From positions 56,112,001 through 56,176,000 of the forward strand of contig CM052817.1 in the NCBI GenBank assembly GCA_028534125.1: 64,000 nucleotides of DNA, read 5' to 3'. The notes beneath the pieces are model-generated. The model saw nothing but the letters and a program-made list of their open reading frames with translations. It did not search any database and was not told the origin of the DNA. Made by a program: the position numbers and the translations under genes. Numbering within the stretch: position 1 is the first letter of the stretch; each line of letters starts with the position of its first letter. The stretch comes from Lama glama. Lineage: Eukaryota. Positions 51,430 through 64,000 of the stretch are shown here, piece after piece.

Positions 51430-51750
51430 AATATTTTATTCACTCCATGCTGATAAGAGAATATAGTTATAGCTCTATACTTCAAGGGATTTGCAATACA
51501 CTAGTGGAATAAAAACATGTACATATTACTAAAACAGAATGCCATGTAAGATGTGGGCCAAAAAGGTACTAAGTGTTATTCGATTTAATTCAAGGTATAC
51601 TGAGTGTATTAACAAGGACTGTGCTGCAGGCTGGATGGAAAACGATGTTTTCTGAAGAGCTCTCTGCCTAATGAGAGAGATAGGAAAGTAAACAAACCAT
51701 TGTGAGACACTGATATGATGTAGGAGTATTATAACAGGTCAAAAGAAAGA
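51430..51750 (-). mobile_element. L2 3' fragments
   Basis: 'ttcaagggatttgcaatac', 'ctgaagagctctctgcctaatgagagaga'. Confidence 0.5.
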
Positions 51751-52499
51751 GAGCATACATCCCAGACACCCCTCTACTGTAATGCAGGGTATTTTTTAAA
51801 ATATTTAAGATTCTAGAATAATGAAAAAGCATCTAAAGATCCTCAATGAGAAAAGCTGCATTAGACATTTGACTGAATCCAGAAAATGATACATATGTCG
51901 ACAAGTTCTTTCTCTAAAAGTTGATGCTGTTGAAGGGAGCAAATGCAGAAAGAGATATTATCAAGGACTTTAATCTAATCTTTAAGATAGTCTCAATTCT
52001 CATATTTCTTCAGTCAGCAAAATTCTATAAATCAAAGCACAGGAGTTTACACATTTGCCACATAACTCTTAAAATGGATAAGCATAATGTTAACTAAAAT
52101 CAAACAAAATTTTAGCAGGAGGGTTTGGCATAAACAGGATGGAGAGAACCCATGCATGTCACTTTAGCCTCTCAGAATTTGTTCTTAATTTCAAATTACA
52201 GTGGACATATTTCTTGACTATTATTCAATGAACATTTATATCTTTAAACTTTACAATTTATAGAGAAATTTAACATAGGTTACCTCATTTCAGCCCCATA
52301 AATACACTTTTTACTAATCATAACTCCAGTTTTATAAATAAAAGGAAGAGAGATTAGAGAAATCCAACGTGTGTGCAGTCCAGTTACAACTAGACTAAGC
52401 ACAAACCTGAGCTGAATTGATGTGAGGCTATTGACTGACTTCACTTCTACCTCTTAAAGTAACTATTCATTTGTGTGATACCAGAAATATTCATATATT

Positions 52500-52645
52500 T
52501 GCTTACAGAGTCTGACCCAAATTTCACTGGAGGTGTTACTAAATATACAGACTATTAAGTACATTACCGTTACAAAATTCAAAAAATTCTGAACTTCAAA
52601 AATCACCTGGCCCCAAGGGTTTCAGATAAAGGATTATAAACATGC
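52500..52645 (-). mobile_element. TcMar-Tigger MITE, MER46C-like end
   Basis: 'aaaaaattctgaacttcaaaaatcacctggccccaagggtttcagataaaggattat'. Confidence 0.65.
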
Positions 52646-52819
52646 AGAAAGTGCAGTTTTGCCACAGCACTTGAGGTAACATTACAAGAAGTGAGGTATA
52701 GAATAGGAAAAGTGGGAGACGGTTTCTGTAAACGGTGGGTTTGTGGTTAAAAGTAAGTTAGATGTGATACCTCAGTGCGTGTGGGATGAACCTTAGAGCT
52801 AATTTCTTTGATGCTATGA

Positions 52820-53192
52820 TCTGTTACTGTGTACCCCTCAGGCCTGAGCACCTTCCAGATACTAGCGTCTACATCTTTCTGCCTTAAGGTTTCCTCCGTA
52901 GCTAAGGTGGTTGTTCCCTCCTTTCACCAGCAGTGTTCAACAAATGACTAGTGCTATTTGCTGTGTAAATCCTCTGACTCCTTTACCTCTTGAAAGTGGG
53001 TTTTAGTTTTCCCATGGGGTTAAGTCCTGATTGCTCACAGCAGCTAGCTTAACTACATACTCTGTTAGCTGCCTTCATTTCCCTCTTTCACTTCTGCATT
53101 TCTCCAATTGTATTTACTGCCCCTTTCCAAATAAACTACTTGTCCTTGCTTCCTTCTCTCTGGGCTGATTTTGGGGAAACCTAAACTAAAAT
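52820..53192 (+). mobile_element. ERVL LTR16-like solo LTR
   Basis: Terminal 'ccaaataaactacttgtccttgcttccttctctctgggctgattttggggaaacctaaactaaaata' matches the LTR16 3' end. Confidence 0.8.
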
Positions 53193-53654
53193 AAAGACTT
53201 AATTTTTCCAGGCTTACTTAGCCAAAGGCAGAAATCCTTTGATTGAATTCAAAAGTGATGCCAGGGCTTCTGCTACTCAGGCATCTCTAGTGCTGCCCAA
53301 CTGCTCGCCTGGCTTTCTAACAATTTGCCCGCACATTCCTTATTATGATGTTCTGTCAATCACTAAATGATTTTGCAATACCAAATTAAACCAGTACTGT
53401 TCTCTGAAAGCTGCTTGACTGTTTGAACCTGTTACCTAGTTTTATAACCTACTGAAAATTATGGCATGCTAGCTGGATTAGACCTCCACCATGCATCTAT
53501 GTTGGATCTAAATGCTCCTCTGTGTCACAACATCTCTCAGTTTCAAAGCCTAGATTCAAGCCCCAGCAATGATTGGTTTGCTCTATTCCACTATAACTAA
53601 GTGGGCCATGTCCAGCCACTTTCTGAGATACTAAGATCTTATGAATCATGATAA

Positions 53655-53890
53655 TTATCATCATCATCTTAAAAAACCTATGAAAGACTTACTAAGTGCC
53701 ATGAACTATGCTAAATGCTTTATGTTGTGTTTCATCTCTATGAACTAGCTCTGTTTATCATGACACTGAGACTTAGAATAGTGAAGCAGCATGCCCAAGG
53801 GCACACAACTAGAAGAGGAAGAGTAACAATTTATCCCCAGGACATCTGACTGCGGAATGCAGGCTTTTAACCACTATGCTATGGTATCTC
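53655..53890 (-). mobile_element. MIR SINE
   Basis: 'cttactaagtgcca...atgctaaatgcttta...actgagacttagaatagtgaagcagcatgcccaagggcacacaactag...cttttaaccactatgct'. Confidence 0.88.
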
Positions 53891-54662
53891 TTAAATTCTT
53901 CCAAAGCGAAGAATTTTTGTCTCTTGGGAAAAGAATCTTAGTTCAATGTTGATGATTAGATGCCTTTTAGTCATAACCTCAACACCCAAAAATACTACTT
54001 TTTTTTTAATAGGCTATAACAAGATTCCCAAGACTGATGGCTTATAAATTTGACCTTTTCTTATCTTTACTTGCTGTCTCTCACAGATCAAAAGCTGGAA
54101 CTGAGCAAGAGATGTAATAGGAACTTATAGCTGCTATTTTAGCTCCAACTTTTAAACATTTGCATTATATAATTTATGATGCGTAACACAAGTGTTAGAA
54201 ACAATCTTAAGCCATTCAAAAAAAAAAACTAGATAAGCATGTCATTAAAATCAGGGCTTATTTTGTACCTCAAGTTGTTGTATTACAAATGCTAGTTTAA
54301 TAGTTTAACCATTGTAAGATGCTTGTATGATTAATACCAACTTATTTTTTAAATTCTTAATTGGAACTCTTTTTTTTTCCAAATAATCACCTATCCAAAC
54401 ACTGATGTTTAGCACACAGGTGTATGATGAACATTGAAGCTACTGTTCCACTCCTACCTTGAGTCAGGCACTGTACCAACTATTTCACATACATTATTGC
54501 CTCCCAACAACCTTAGAGAACACAGATTATATAGATTTTCTTTTTCAAAGGAACTAAAAATTAAAAGATTTTGACCAACTGTTAAAAGTCACAGCTTTTG
54601 AATTAAAAAGTCAGTTGGGCATTTACTTTTCTCTTTCTCTAATGATCTAATTTCTTTTTTAA

Positions 54663-54678
54663 AAAAGCTTTTAAAATT

Positions 54679-54710
<32 letters not shown>

Positions 54711-56560
54711 ACAAAAACTTACCATTTAAATCATTTTTAAGTGACAGTTTCATGCCATTAAGTACATTCAAACTATTGTGCAACCATCACCACCATTCAT
54801 TTCCAGAACTTTTCTCCATTGTTCCAAACTAAAACTCTGTAATAAACAATAACTCCCCATTTTCCCCTCCCCTTAGCCCTTGACAACCACCATTATACTT
54901 TCTGTTTCTATGAATTTGTCTACTCTAGGGAACTCATATAAGTGGAATCATATGGTACTTGTCCTTTGTTGACTGGCTTATTTCATTTAGCATGTCTTCA
55001 AGATTCATCCAAGTTAAAGCATCTGTCAGAATTTACTTCCTTCCTTATTAAGGCTGGATAATATTTCATGGTATATACACTACATTATGTTCATCCCTCC
55101 ATCTGTTGGTAAATACTTGGGTTGCTTCCACCTGTTGACTATTGTGAATAATGCTGCTATGAATATTGATTTATAAATAACCTTTTGAATCCTTGCTCTC
55201 AATTATCTTAGGTGTATGCCTAGAAGAGGAACTGCTGGATTACATCCTATTATTAATTTGTTGTGAAAATGCCATACTGTTTTCACAGAGGCTCTACCAT
55301 TTTACATTCCCACTACCAGTGTTCAAGGGTTCCAATTTCTTTACATCCTTACTGATGCTTATTTTTGAGTTTTGTTTTTTTTTTAAACAAGAGCCATCCT
55401 AATGAGTTTGAGGTGGAATCTCACTGTCATTTTGATTTTCATTTCCCTAGTGATAAGTGATATTAGGTGTCTTTTCATGTGCTTGTTAGCCATTTGTTAT
55501 GTCTTCTTTGGAGAAATGTCTATAGAAATCCTTTACTGAAGCCAATTTCCACTTGGATTGCTTGTTTTCTTAGTGTTGAATTGCAGTTCTTTGTGTGCTT
55601 CGTATGTTAACCCCTTATCAAATGTGTGATTTGCAAATATTTTCCTCATTCTATGAGTTGCTTTTTCGCTCATTTGTTAGTGACCTTTGACATATGAAAG
55701 CTTTTAATTTTGATGTAATCCAATCTATTTTTTAATTTTGTTGCCAGTGCATGTAGTGTCATATCTAAGAAATCATGACAAATTCAGTATTATAAAGCTA
55801 TTCCACTTTTTTTTTTCTTCTAAGAGGTTTGTAGTTTTAGCTCTTAGGTCTCTAACTCATCTTGAGGTAATTTTTGTATATGGTATGAGGTACAGATCCA
55901 AATTCATTCATTTGCATGTGGATATTCTATTTTCCCTAAGCCAGTTGTTGAAAATACTGTCCTTTCCCCATTGAATGATTTTGGCAGCCTTGTAGAAATT
56001 ATTTGATCATGTGTGAGAGAGTTTCTGGGCTCTCCTTCCCATCTGTCTGAATGTCTGTCTTTTTGTCAGAACACATTGCTTTGATTACTGTAGCTTTGTA
56101 GTATTTTTGGAATCAGGAAGTGTGAGACCTCCAATTTTTTCTTTTTCAGATTGTTTGGCTATCCAAGTTTCCTTGAGATTCCATATGAATTTTAGAATTT
56201 TTTTCCATTTCTACAAAAAATAATAGGGACTTTTATATGGATTGTGTTGAATCTGTAGATTGCTTTGGGTAATACTGCCAACTTAACAACGGTAATTCTT
56301 CCAGTCGATGAATGCAGTTTGGCTTTTCTTTTCTTTTCTTTTTTCCTTCTTTAACTTATTTCAGCAACATCAGTAGTTTTCAGTGTACAGGTCTTTTGCC
56401 ACCTTGGTTAAGTTTATTCCTAAGTATTTTATTCTTTTTTATGTTATTGTAAATTAAATTGATTTCTTTTTCATATTGTTCATCATTAGCATGAAGAAAC
56501 ACTACTGATTTTTGAGTGTTGATTTGGTATACTGAAAATCTGCTAAATTTGTTTACTAAT
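54663..56560 (-). mobile_element. L1MB-like element (about 1.9 kb: ORF2 3' half and 3'UTR) inserted in a MIR, with degenerate TSD
   Basis: Canonical antisense 3' end 'ttaagtacattcaaactattgtgcaaccatcaccacc'; putative TSD gatctaatttcttttttaa (54644-54662) and gacctatttctttttaa (56590-56606); (AT)n at 54682-54710. Confidence 0.9.
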
Positions 56561-56879
56561 CCTAATGGGGATTTGTTTTATTTTGGGAGGACCTATTTCT
56601 TTTTAATGGCATATCATTTTACTATATTACATTGCCTCTGCAATTAGCTTAATTCCAGTCACTATCTATGAAGTTGTGACAGAGGCATAACCCTCACTTG
56701 TTGCTTTGTCTCTAAAGCAGTGGCTATGAAATTGATTATACAATAATAATAATAATAATAATGTGGTTAAAATTATAAAATTAGGCAAAAGTTGGTATTA
56801 AATACCACTGTATTATTTGCTTTGTTTCCCTGAGCATACCAACTAAGTCAATCAAAACATAGTTGTCTGGGTTTATCAT

Positions 56880-57120
56880 GGGACAGTGACTTGTTAGTAC
56901 CTAATATCTGAGCCTCAGTTTCCCCTTCTATTCCTTGGGTATGATTGGAAGTTGTGAGGATTCACTGAAGTGAATTAGGGTAATGGACACAGTGTCTGAT
57001 TCATAAATCAGTAGATGGTAGAAACTGTTATCTCACAATATCCTCACATCAAATTAAGTAATACATACAAAAGCACACTGTGAATCAGAAAACTCTCTAT
57101 ATAAGATAATGATTTTTAAA
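56880..57120 (+). mobile_element. MIR fragments
   Basis: 'tctgagcctcagtttcccc', 'ttgtgaggattcactga', 'cacagtgtctgattcata'. Confidence 0.7.
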
Positions 57121-57598
57121 CCATGTATTCTTTCATTTACTGCCCAATGAGGAAGTCATTTTATCCCACAAGACTTCTCCAGAAACAATGAGTTTTTAGT
57201 CCTGGAAGACAAAATGATCATTAAAATATTCTTTGCACTTGCCTTCTACAATTGGATCACTGTGAAATGCCCACTGATCATGAGAAACCCTATTACCTCT
57301 ACAATACCTCTGTCACTACAAACAAGTACTTTCTAAGCATGGGTAGCTACTTCACATGAAAGTTCTAAAGTGCATAGTAATTCAGTCATAGTGTAATAAG
57401 GAGTAATGAGTTTATATTTGTAAAGTATTTAGAATGCTTTCTGATACATAGAAGGTATTACAAAAGTGTTTATTCAATAACTAAAATAGTTATGTGATAA
57501 GTTATGTTCTACAAATGCTATGTCTTTGGTTTCTGCTTAATTGGGTGATTTGGGTGTTTTGTATTATATAAAATTATAATAAGAAAGTATATAAATAC

Positions 57599-58135
57599 TT
57601 TTTTTTCCTGCATGGACAGATTACCCTTTGTTTTTAAAAAACAGCACTTCAAATAAATTAAAAGGGACAACTGTCAAAAGTTCAGATTATGAAGGAACAG
57701 TTGAAAACCTAGAGAGACTCCAAGCTGCAACTATGGAAACAGCATCAATGAGAGAAAGGAATGTGTGTGGGGCACAGGGTGTGGTCCCACTGTCCCCCAC
57801 CCCCAGCAACCCATCCCATGCCCCATGCCTCAGTTTCAGATCTGTCCCATCCCCGTACCATCCCCACTCTGTTGCATGTATTATAGGATTTGTATTTTCT
57901 TCTCTTTTCTTCTTCCTTTCCTCTCAATCTCCCCTTTTGTATTCAAGACTATGAAATTTTGCGGTGGGTCCTGCTCTTCCTTCTCCTCCTCCTGTTCACC
58001 CTGGTGCTGTGGTGGGGAGGTGGGTAACAAAAACAACAAAATGGCATCATGAATATGAACAGTGCTGTCAGATGAATTAGTTGAAGTGTTTTTTTTTTTG
58101 TAGAGTGTCCTCAAATTTAATGGACTAATGTGTAT
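57599..58135 (-). pseudogene. Probable retroposed, CpG-decayed copy of a CpG-island/5'UTR-like sequence; parent unidentified
   Basis: Abrupt GC-rich island with TG/CA excess and few CG, YY1-type 'caaaatggca', (CCT)n tract, poly-T at the left boundary. Confidence 0.55.
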
Positions 58136-59310
58136 TGTGTATATATTCTTATACCTTTATTTATTGAAGGACTCCAGATAGAAATTTCAAAAATTTCATT
58201 GTTTACTACTATCTGTTCAACCTTCATTGAAAAAGAAATAGTTTATATAACTTGTAAAATACTTTGATAATTTACAAAACTTGCCTTCAAAAATTCTTGA
58301 GCTTTTTTCATTCTCTCACACATCTCAGGATATGTTGTAATTGCTTGGTTAATGATTTGTAAATATCATATCAGTTAAAATACAGGTATTGATTAACTTC
58401 TTAATGTTGAGCATAGGATGGTTATCTATGGATCCACTATGGATTGGGGAAGCAATCATCTTGAAATAACAATTAGAAGACAAGAGGAAGCATTGGTCAG
58501 TCTTGGAGTTATACCAAATTGAAGTGCTGGTGTTAAAATTGCTAGAGAACAAGTTTCTTTAAGGAACTCCACTCACTTTATGACACTCGCACAGGCTAAA
58601 ATTATGCTTTGTGTGGCGATAATCTGATGTCAACTCCTTAGAGTTTAATAGGATATTCAGCTCACAGAGTAGCTTATGAGGAGTGCTAGTAGAGATCAGC
58701 CTGGGATCACCTACATACAAAGAAATGATATTATGAAATGCATGAACCTGCCAAAAGGATCAGATTGATGCTGGTGAAAAGGCATCAGATGATGTGGAGA
58801 AGTTACAACAGAAAGAAGGAGGAAATTATACATCTCTCAAGGATAGATTTTAATGAGTCCTTAAAAGAACATCCTTGTTGGTGTGTAAGGTGGTTGTTCC
58901 TTCACAAACTGGATGTCTTTCAAAAAATCAAAAAAAAATCCTGGGATCACGTGTACTGAGAAAGGGAGTAATACATGGTGATACAAAAGTTGACTTTTTT
59001 TAGGCACACAGACACAATCAACAGAGCTACTATTAACTTTGGCAATTGCTCACAGTTTTGAGCCTAAATACTAGCATAGCTTAGTGAATGTGTTTATTAC
59101 AGTAAGCCTCCATGTTTTTATAAGAAGAAAAGAAACCATAAAAATGGAATTGTTACTATGATAAATAAAAATAGCTACAATAAATGAAAATATAACACTT
59201 TAAAATTATCTGATTTCATTAAAAAGATGTATTTTTGAATATGCTTTGAAATTAAAGAATGTCTTAACATATTTTTTTTCCTGAAATGCAGGGAGAAGCT
59301 ACCCATGCTG

Positions 59311-59390
59311 CACACAGTAGTCACTCCATTTGAATGTAATGAATGTGAACACACAGTAGTCACTCCATTTGAATGTAATGAATGTGAACA
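59311..59390. repeat. Perfect 39-bp tandem duplication
   Basis: cacacagtagtcactccatttgaatgtaatgaatgtgaa x2 plus 'ca'. Confidence 0.97.
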
Positions 59391-59879
59391 TGATTACAGC
59401 AAATTCTCGTCCAAGAATTTTAACAGTAAACATATTTTTGACTCTATTTTTATATAATGTCTATAAATTATTAATATAGTAGTTACTGCATTACCACCAT
59501 AATAATCCATCTAAAACAAAGTACAAAAGTATTGCTTGGTGAATCATAGATTGTAAAAACTTAAAGCAAAAGGAGGTTAATGTAAAATAATCAAAAAGGG
59601 GAAAATGCTTATTGAAATGCTATACTGCAGGAAAATATTTCAAGAAAAAATGATTCTAAAAAAGACTATGAATCATAGGGTTAGACAGAGGAAAGTAAAG
59701 AATGATCATTACAGGAAGACAGTATTTATAGAAAAATCAAAATGGCCTAGACATTCAGTGAGTATAAAAAAATAGAATAAAAGCACTATAATAGAACAAG
59801 AGGAAAATAATCCAATAGTGGTATTCCTTTCAATGCTCCCATCATATACAGGAAAAAGTTGATTAGTTCTATGGGCCAA

Positions 59880-60250
59880 AATCTCATTCAAAATCTGGCC
59901 ACTACTCACTTTTTCTGTTATCTTTCACCACTCCCCTCATCCTGCTGTGTGACCCATCTCCATGACAAAGAACACACAACCCAAATTCCAATTTTACTGA
60001 AATGCAGTATAATGGCAATGGTCTTCTAATAATATAGTTTCAAACTATCATGCTATTATACATTAATTTTCTCTGCCTGTAATGTCCTTCTTTTTCTTCT
60101 CTATTTTGTTATTTCTTGTCTAAATTCTACTTGTGAGGATCTTGATGGCAGGAGCTGTGCTCTATTCTTTTTTTATCCCCAGATCAGGCCACATTGTAAG
60201 GTCTAAATAAATGAACAGAAATAGAAATGTCCTGTTAAAACGACTGAATG
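59880..60250 (+). mobile_element. L2 3' end
   Basis: 'ctctgcctgtaatgtccttc', 'tgtgaggatcttgatggcaggagctgtgctctattc...aaataaatgaa'. Confidence 0.7.
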
Positions 60251-60829
60251 AGAGAAGTGAAAGGTATCAGAGGGATGACAATTATTTTAATAGATACAGA
60301 ATACAAGATTATTTCAATTTAAGAAATTATGCTTTACAAGCTAAAAGAGGGAATTTTTGCTGAATTACTATCACTTATTTAGTTATGTTTCTAGGAGAAA
60401 AATTAGGAAAGAAGCACATAAAGAGAAAAATCACTGCATTGGGAGTCAAGACACTGAGGAAGTCCCGTAACTGTAGTTAACCATTTTTCTGATGAGGGAA
60501 ATAATCTATCATCTGAATACATGAAAAAAAAACCTCTTACATGTCTTTCTTCATTATATTTGAGTTCACATAACACTTCAGTTAAGATTACTATTGATTT
60601 TTGTTTTATCATAAGTAGCAACAAGTTTCATAAACAATAATGCATTAATACATAGAAAATGTGCAATGTTTCCATTTTGATTTCTTTTATGTGATATGCT
60701 TCAATAACAAGATATGGTAGACAACATACTGTGTTGAAATAATAGCTCAGGCAGCAAGAGGTGTTGAGAATAGCCTAGGAGATCAGCTTTTGACATGGTA
60801 AATTTGACATGTCTATTATACTTTATGTG

Positions 60830-61215
60830 TCTTTTGCGCTACTCACTGATGCCCAGTTTTCCACACTTTCTAGACATATGCAAGATTGAATTTGCTCCCT
60901 CCCTAGTGTGGGTGTTTCTAGTACTAGCTACTGAGGTAGGGGAGGTAAATGCCATGTTATTTCTAAGCTATAACTTTAAATTCCCAGTATGATAAACTCG
61001 AGAGTTCTCTTTGCCATGTTAGGGTGACTGTGAGATTTTGGAGGTGTTTAATTCCACATAATAACCTAGCCTATCCTGACTGTTAGAAAATTCAGTTCAC
61101 ACCTCTGAGATTCTAACATAAATAAAAGCCTAAAACATGTGGCATTTGATTACATATTCAGAGGTAGGTAATAAGGTAAATACTATCAAAGGCTAGAAAG
61201 ATGGGGCTCAGGTAC
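60830..61215 (+). mobile_element. MLT1 LTR (to about 61086) and start of MaLR internal sequence
   Basis: 'gagattttggaggtgttt...ataacctagcctatcctgactg' LTR end, then 'aaaagcctaaaacatgtggcatt...aggctagaaagatgg' (MLT1-int-like). Confidence 0.7.
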
Positions 61216-62639
61216 AGGATTACTAAGAAGTCAAATAAAACTCAGGTCTCAGGTTCCCCAACTTACACTAGTCCACTTCATAGCCCTAGGAGGGAACCTA
61301 GTAATCTGTTCTTATTTATTTTACAAGTAAACATATTTGCAGAATGTACAAACATCAGGTTTTATAATCTCATTTTGTAAAGACCACTATCTCTTTTTAC
61401 TGTAACTTCCTCTCCATCACATTTTTCTTCATACTGAATGGATTTAGAGTTGTCACAATCATTTCTTTCATTTGTCTAAGGGAAAATTGAGTTGGAAATA
61501 TATTTAGTTTGAGCTTAATGAAATATAAGAATGTGACTCACAGTTTACAGCTAAATTGTTGTTAGCCATGCCAGTGCAGAAAAGCTTTCTAGAATATTCT
61601 TGCAGCCGTCTTGCCAATTCACTTGGAATTATGCAATAGAAACGTTTCCTATAGCACATGGCACCAGAAGAAGGTGAGTCATGGAGGAATAACAAAATCA
61701 GTAAGTTTAAAGTTAGAAACTAGTACATGGAATATTTTTTCCAATTATCAAACTGTAAGCAGAGGATTTGTTTTTTATGGAAACCTACTCAAAACTGAAG
61801 TTCTCTCCTCTTCTATAATATAGGAAATAATGTGATGTATATAACTATAAACATACAACACATTTTCTTTTTTATAAGAATTATAGAAATTATCAGAATC
61901 ATTTTAGTGTTAATGGGTCAAAAAAGTAGTAATGGGGCAAAAAGGACACCGTTACTATTGACAGTAGTATTTCTATGCATGAAGTCTTATGTTCTATGTG
62001 TCCAAATTGTCAATAATTTATAAAAGGACCTACCATGCCAAACAAAACACAGATTTACATTTCATTTCCATTCTCTGAAAGAAAAACATATTATAAAATT
62101 TAGTATAATATTAATCTGCAATAAAAGATAATATAATCAAAAAAAGAAAATGTTACATCAGATAAATTTTTTTTATTTATTTATGATCTGGTATTTATCA
62201 TATTTTGTATTTATGATTATTTTGCAATTTATCTTCTCATTACAAACACTTTTTTGTGTTTATAATTTGGAGTTACTCTTTACAAGAGGGTTACTAAGCC
62301 TTTCCTCTGAAAACTTGGACCCATACCATCATGCTGATTCACATTCTATGGTAGTAGAACTTTAAGCAAAATTTGTTTTTGATAATTCAGGGCTAAGATA
62401 ATGTCTTATTAACTTATAACCCTGGGGTTACAGATTGAAATACATAATATTAATAATGTTTGCTCATTGTTACTGGCTGCATTTGGCAAAGTATTAGTAG
62501 ACAGAGATGAGTCCAGAAAACAGCTGACAGTAATAAAACAGACAAAATCCCTGGATTTATCCAGGGCGCTATAGATCTGGAAGAAGGAACTGCTATTTAA
62601 CCACAGAGAGTAAAGTGTGTCATTTAAAACTGAAAATAA

Positions 62640-63060
62640 AGACATTTGTACTTAAATATTCAGAACAGTTTTATTGTCAATGGACAAAAACCAGAAATCA
62701 CTCAAATGTCTGTCAGTAGGTAAATGAACAAAGATATTTTTGGACATCCACAACATGGAATACAACACTACAATAACAAGTCAAAATAATTACGCTAAAT
62801 GTAACAAAATTCCATTTATATAAAATTCTAGACCATTTATACTAGACTATGGTCACAAAAAAAGATAGATCAGTTCTTGCTTGAGAGTAAGGAACAGAAG
62901 AGAGGCTATATGCCAAAGGTGAAAAGAAACTTTCACAGGTGATGAATATGTCCATTATCTTGACTGTAGAGATGCTTTTGCAGATACATACACATGTAAA
63001 AATCTCACACACTACACTTAAATATGTGTAATTTATTGTCAATTATGTCTCAGAAGTTTA
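62640..63060 (+). mobile_element. L1ME/L1MC4-like 3' end
   Basis: 'aaatgtctgtcagtaggtaaatgaa', 'ttccatttatataaaattctag', 'ggtgatgaatatgtccattatcttgactgt'. Confidence 0.75.
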
Positions 63061-63584
63061 AATGCTTACTTTGAGAAACAAAGGCTGCTTAATACTCAGC
63101 TGTGTTATAAGGATCAAATCAAGAATGTGACCTTTCGCTCATTGATTAAAGTCTTTGAAGGGAGGGAATTGGTGCCCCGAGTATCCTCACTCTTAAAAAT
63201 ACATACATATGTATTTCATATAAATGTATATATACATCTGCCACAGAGAAAGTGTCCTACTGTACATGTGGATTTCCCAATGAAGTCTGAGAGGATGGCA
63301 CCTATGATTAAGTCAAAAGTGAACATGAACAAAGCAAGGGAGAGTAAGAGAGAAAGCACTGTACTCTATGAGGCTTAAAATCTTTTTTTTTTAATTTAAA
63401 CAAAGATGCAAAACAGAGAAGTATTTTAGAAAAGAGCTTGAATATCAGCTTTGGCATATGTTGCTGATTTGGAATCAACTAGATGATGAGTTCACTAAGG
63501 GTTTGATGGAGTAACACAGCCAAAAAAACATGGAACCTCGAGGTAAAATAGGCTCTGTTTGAGGCTTAAAACAACGTTTGGCTC

Positions 63585-63850
63585 CAAAACCACAGAATAT
63601 ACAACACCAAGGGTAAATTCTCATATAACCCAGGGGCACTGGGTGATTATGGTGTGTCAAGGTAGGTTCATCAATTGTAACAGTGTGCTGCTCTAGTGGG
63701 GGATGTGGACAATGGGGGAGGCCGTGCATGTGAGGGGGTGGGGGGTGGATGGGGAATCTCTGTACCTTCCTTCAATCTTGCTGCAAAATTGAAACTAGCC
63801 TACAAAAAAAGGTTTAATTTAAAAAAAGAAAAAGAAAAGAAAAAAGACAA
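63585..63850 (+). mobile_element. L1MC1-like 3' end with A-rich tail
   Basis: 'acaacaccaagggtaaa...gggtgattatggtgtgtcaaggtaggttcatcaattgtaaca...ggaatctctgtaccttcc'; reverse-complement homologue of 49925-50170. Confidence 0.88.
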
Positions 63851-64000
63851 AACTGAGTAACAACAGCTAAAAACCTTTGTTTGCAACTTTCTGCAAGCTT
63901 CTTACCTTCTTATCCAACCCCCTACTATCACACACAATGAGGAAAGCATGCCATTTAATGTCTACTTTCTTTCCAGTGTTAAATTAATTAAACAAGGAGG

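Noticed and set aside
57628..58114. Four overlapping ORFs as real proteins
   Set aside because: Explained by local GC richness and low complexity; no recognisable domain.
63697..63755. G-quadruplex-like tract (also 16802-16831)
   Set aside because: Ordinary G-rich portion of L1 3'UTRs.
1..64000. Prokaryotic systems (CRISPR, operons, defence islands) or a novel multi-gene system
   Set aside because: The sequence is mammalian and repeat-rich; there are no regularly spaced repeat-spacer arrays and no long ORFs (longest 131 aa, L1-derived).

Overview
AT-rich, CpG-poor mammalian genomic DNA, not prokaryotic. A vic-1-like tRNA-derived SINE (38496-38580) and cetartiodactyl-type L1 3'UTRs, with no Alu, BovA/BovB, PRE-1 or Can-SINE seen, point to a camelid. 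Much of the window is recognisable interspersed repeat: five young 5'-truncated L1s (all with + strand 3' ends), many older L1M fragments, L2, MIR, MaLR/ERVL LTRs and hAT/Tigger MITEs, plus microsatellites and a 100-N gap. I cannot support any intact cellular protein-coding gene; the ORF track is L1 ORF1/ORF2 debris or chance ORFs. I found no convincing novel multi-component system. The best leads are: (1) a CpG-decayed copy of a CpG-island/5'UTR-like sequence with a YY1-type motif (57599-58135), probably a retrocopy of an unidentified transcript; (2) a 92-codon ORF resembling a Tc1/mariner-superfamily transposase HTH (32400-32860); (3) a minus-strand polypyrimidine-AG|GTGAGT motif that could be a recursive splice site or a 10-nt microexon (43782-43814); (4) several mechanistically informative L1 rearrangements. 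Repeat subfamily names come from recalled consensus sequences, not a search, and boundaries are approximate.
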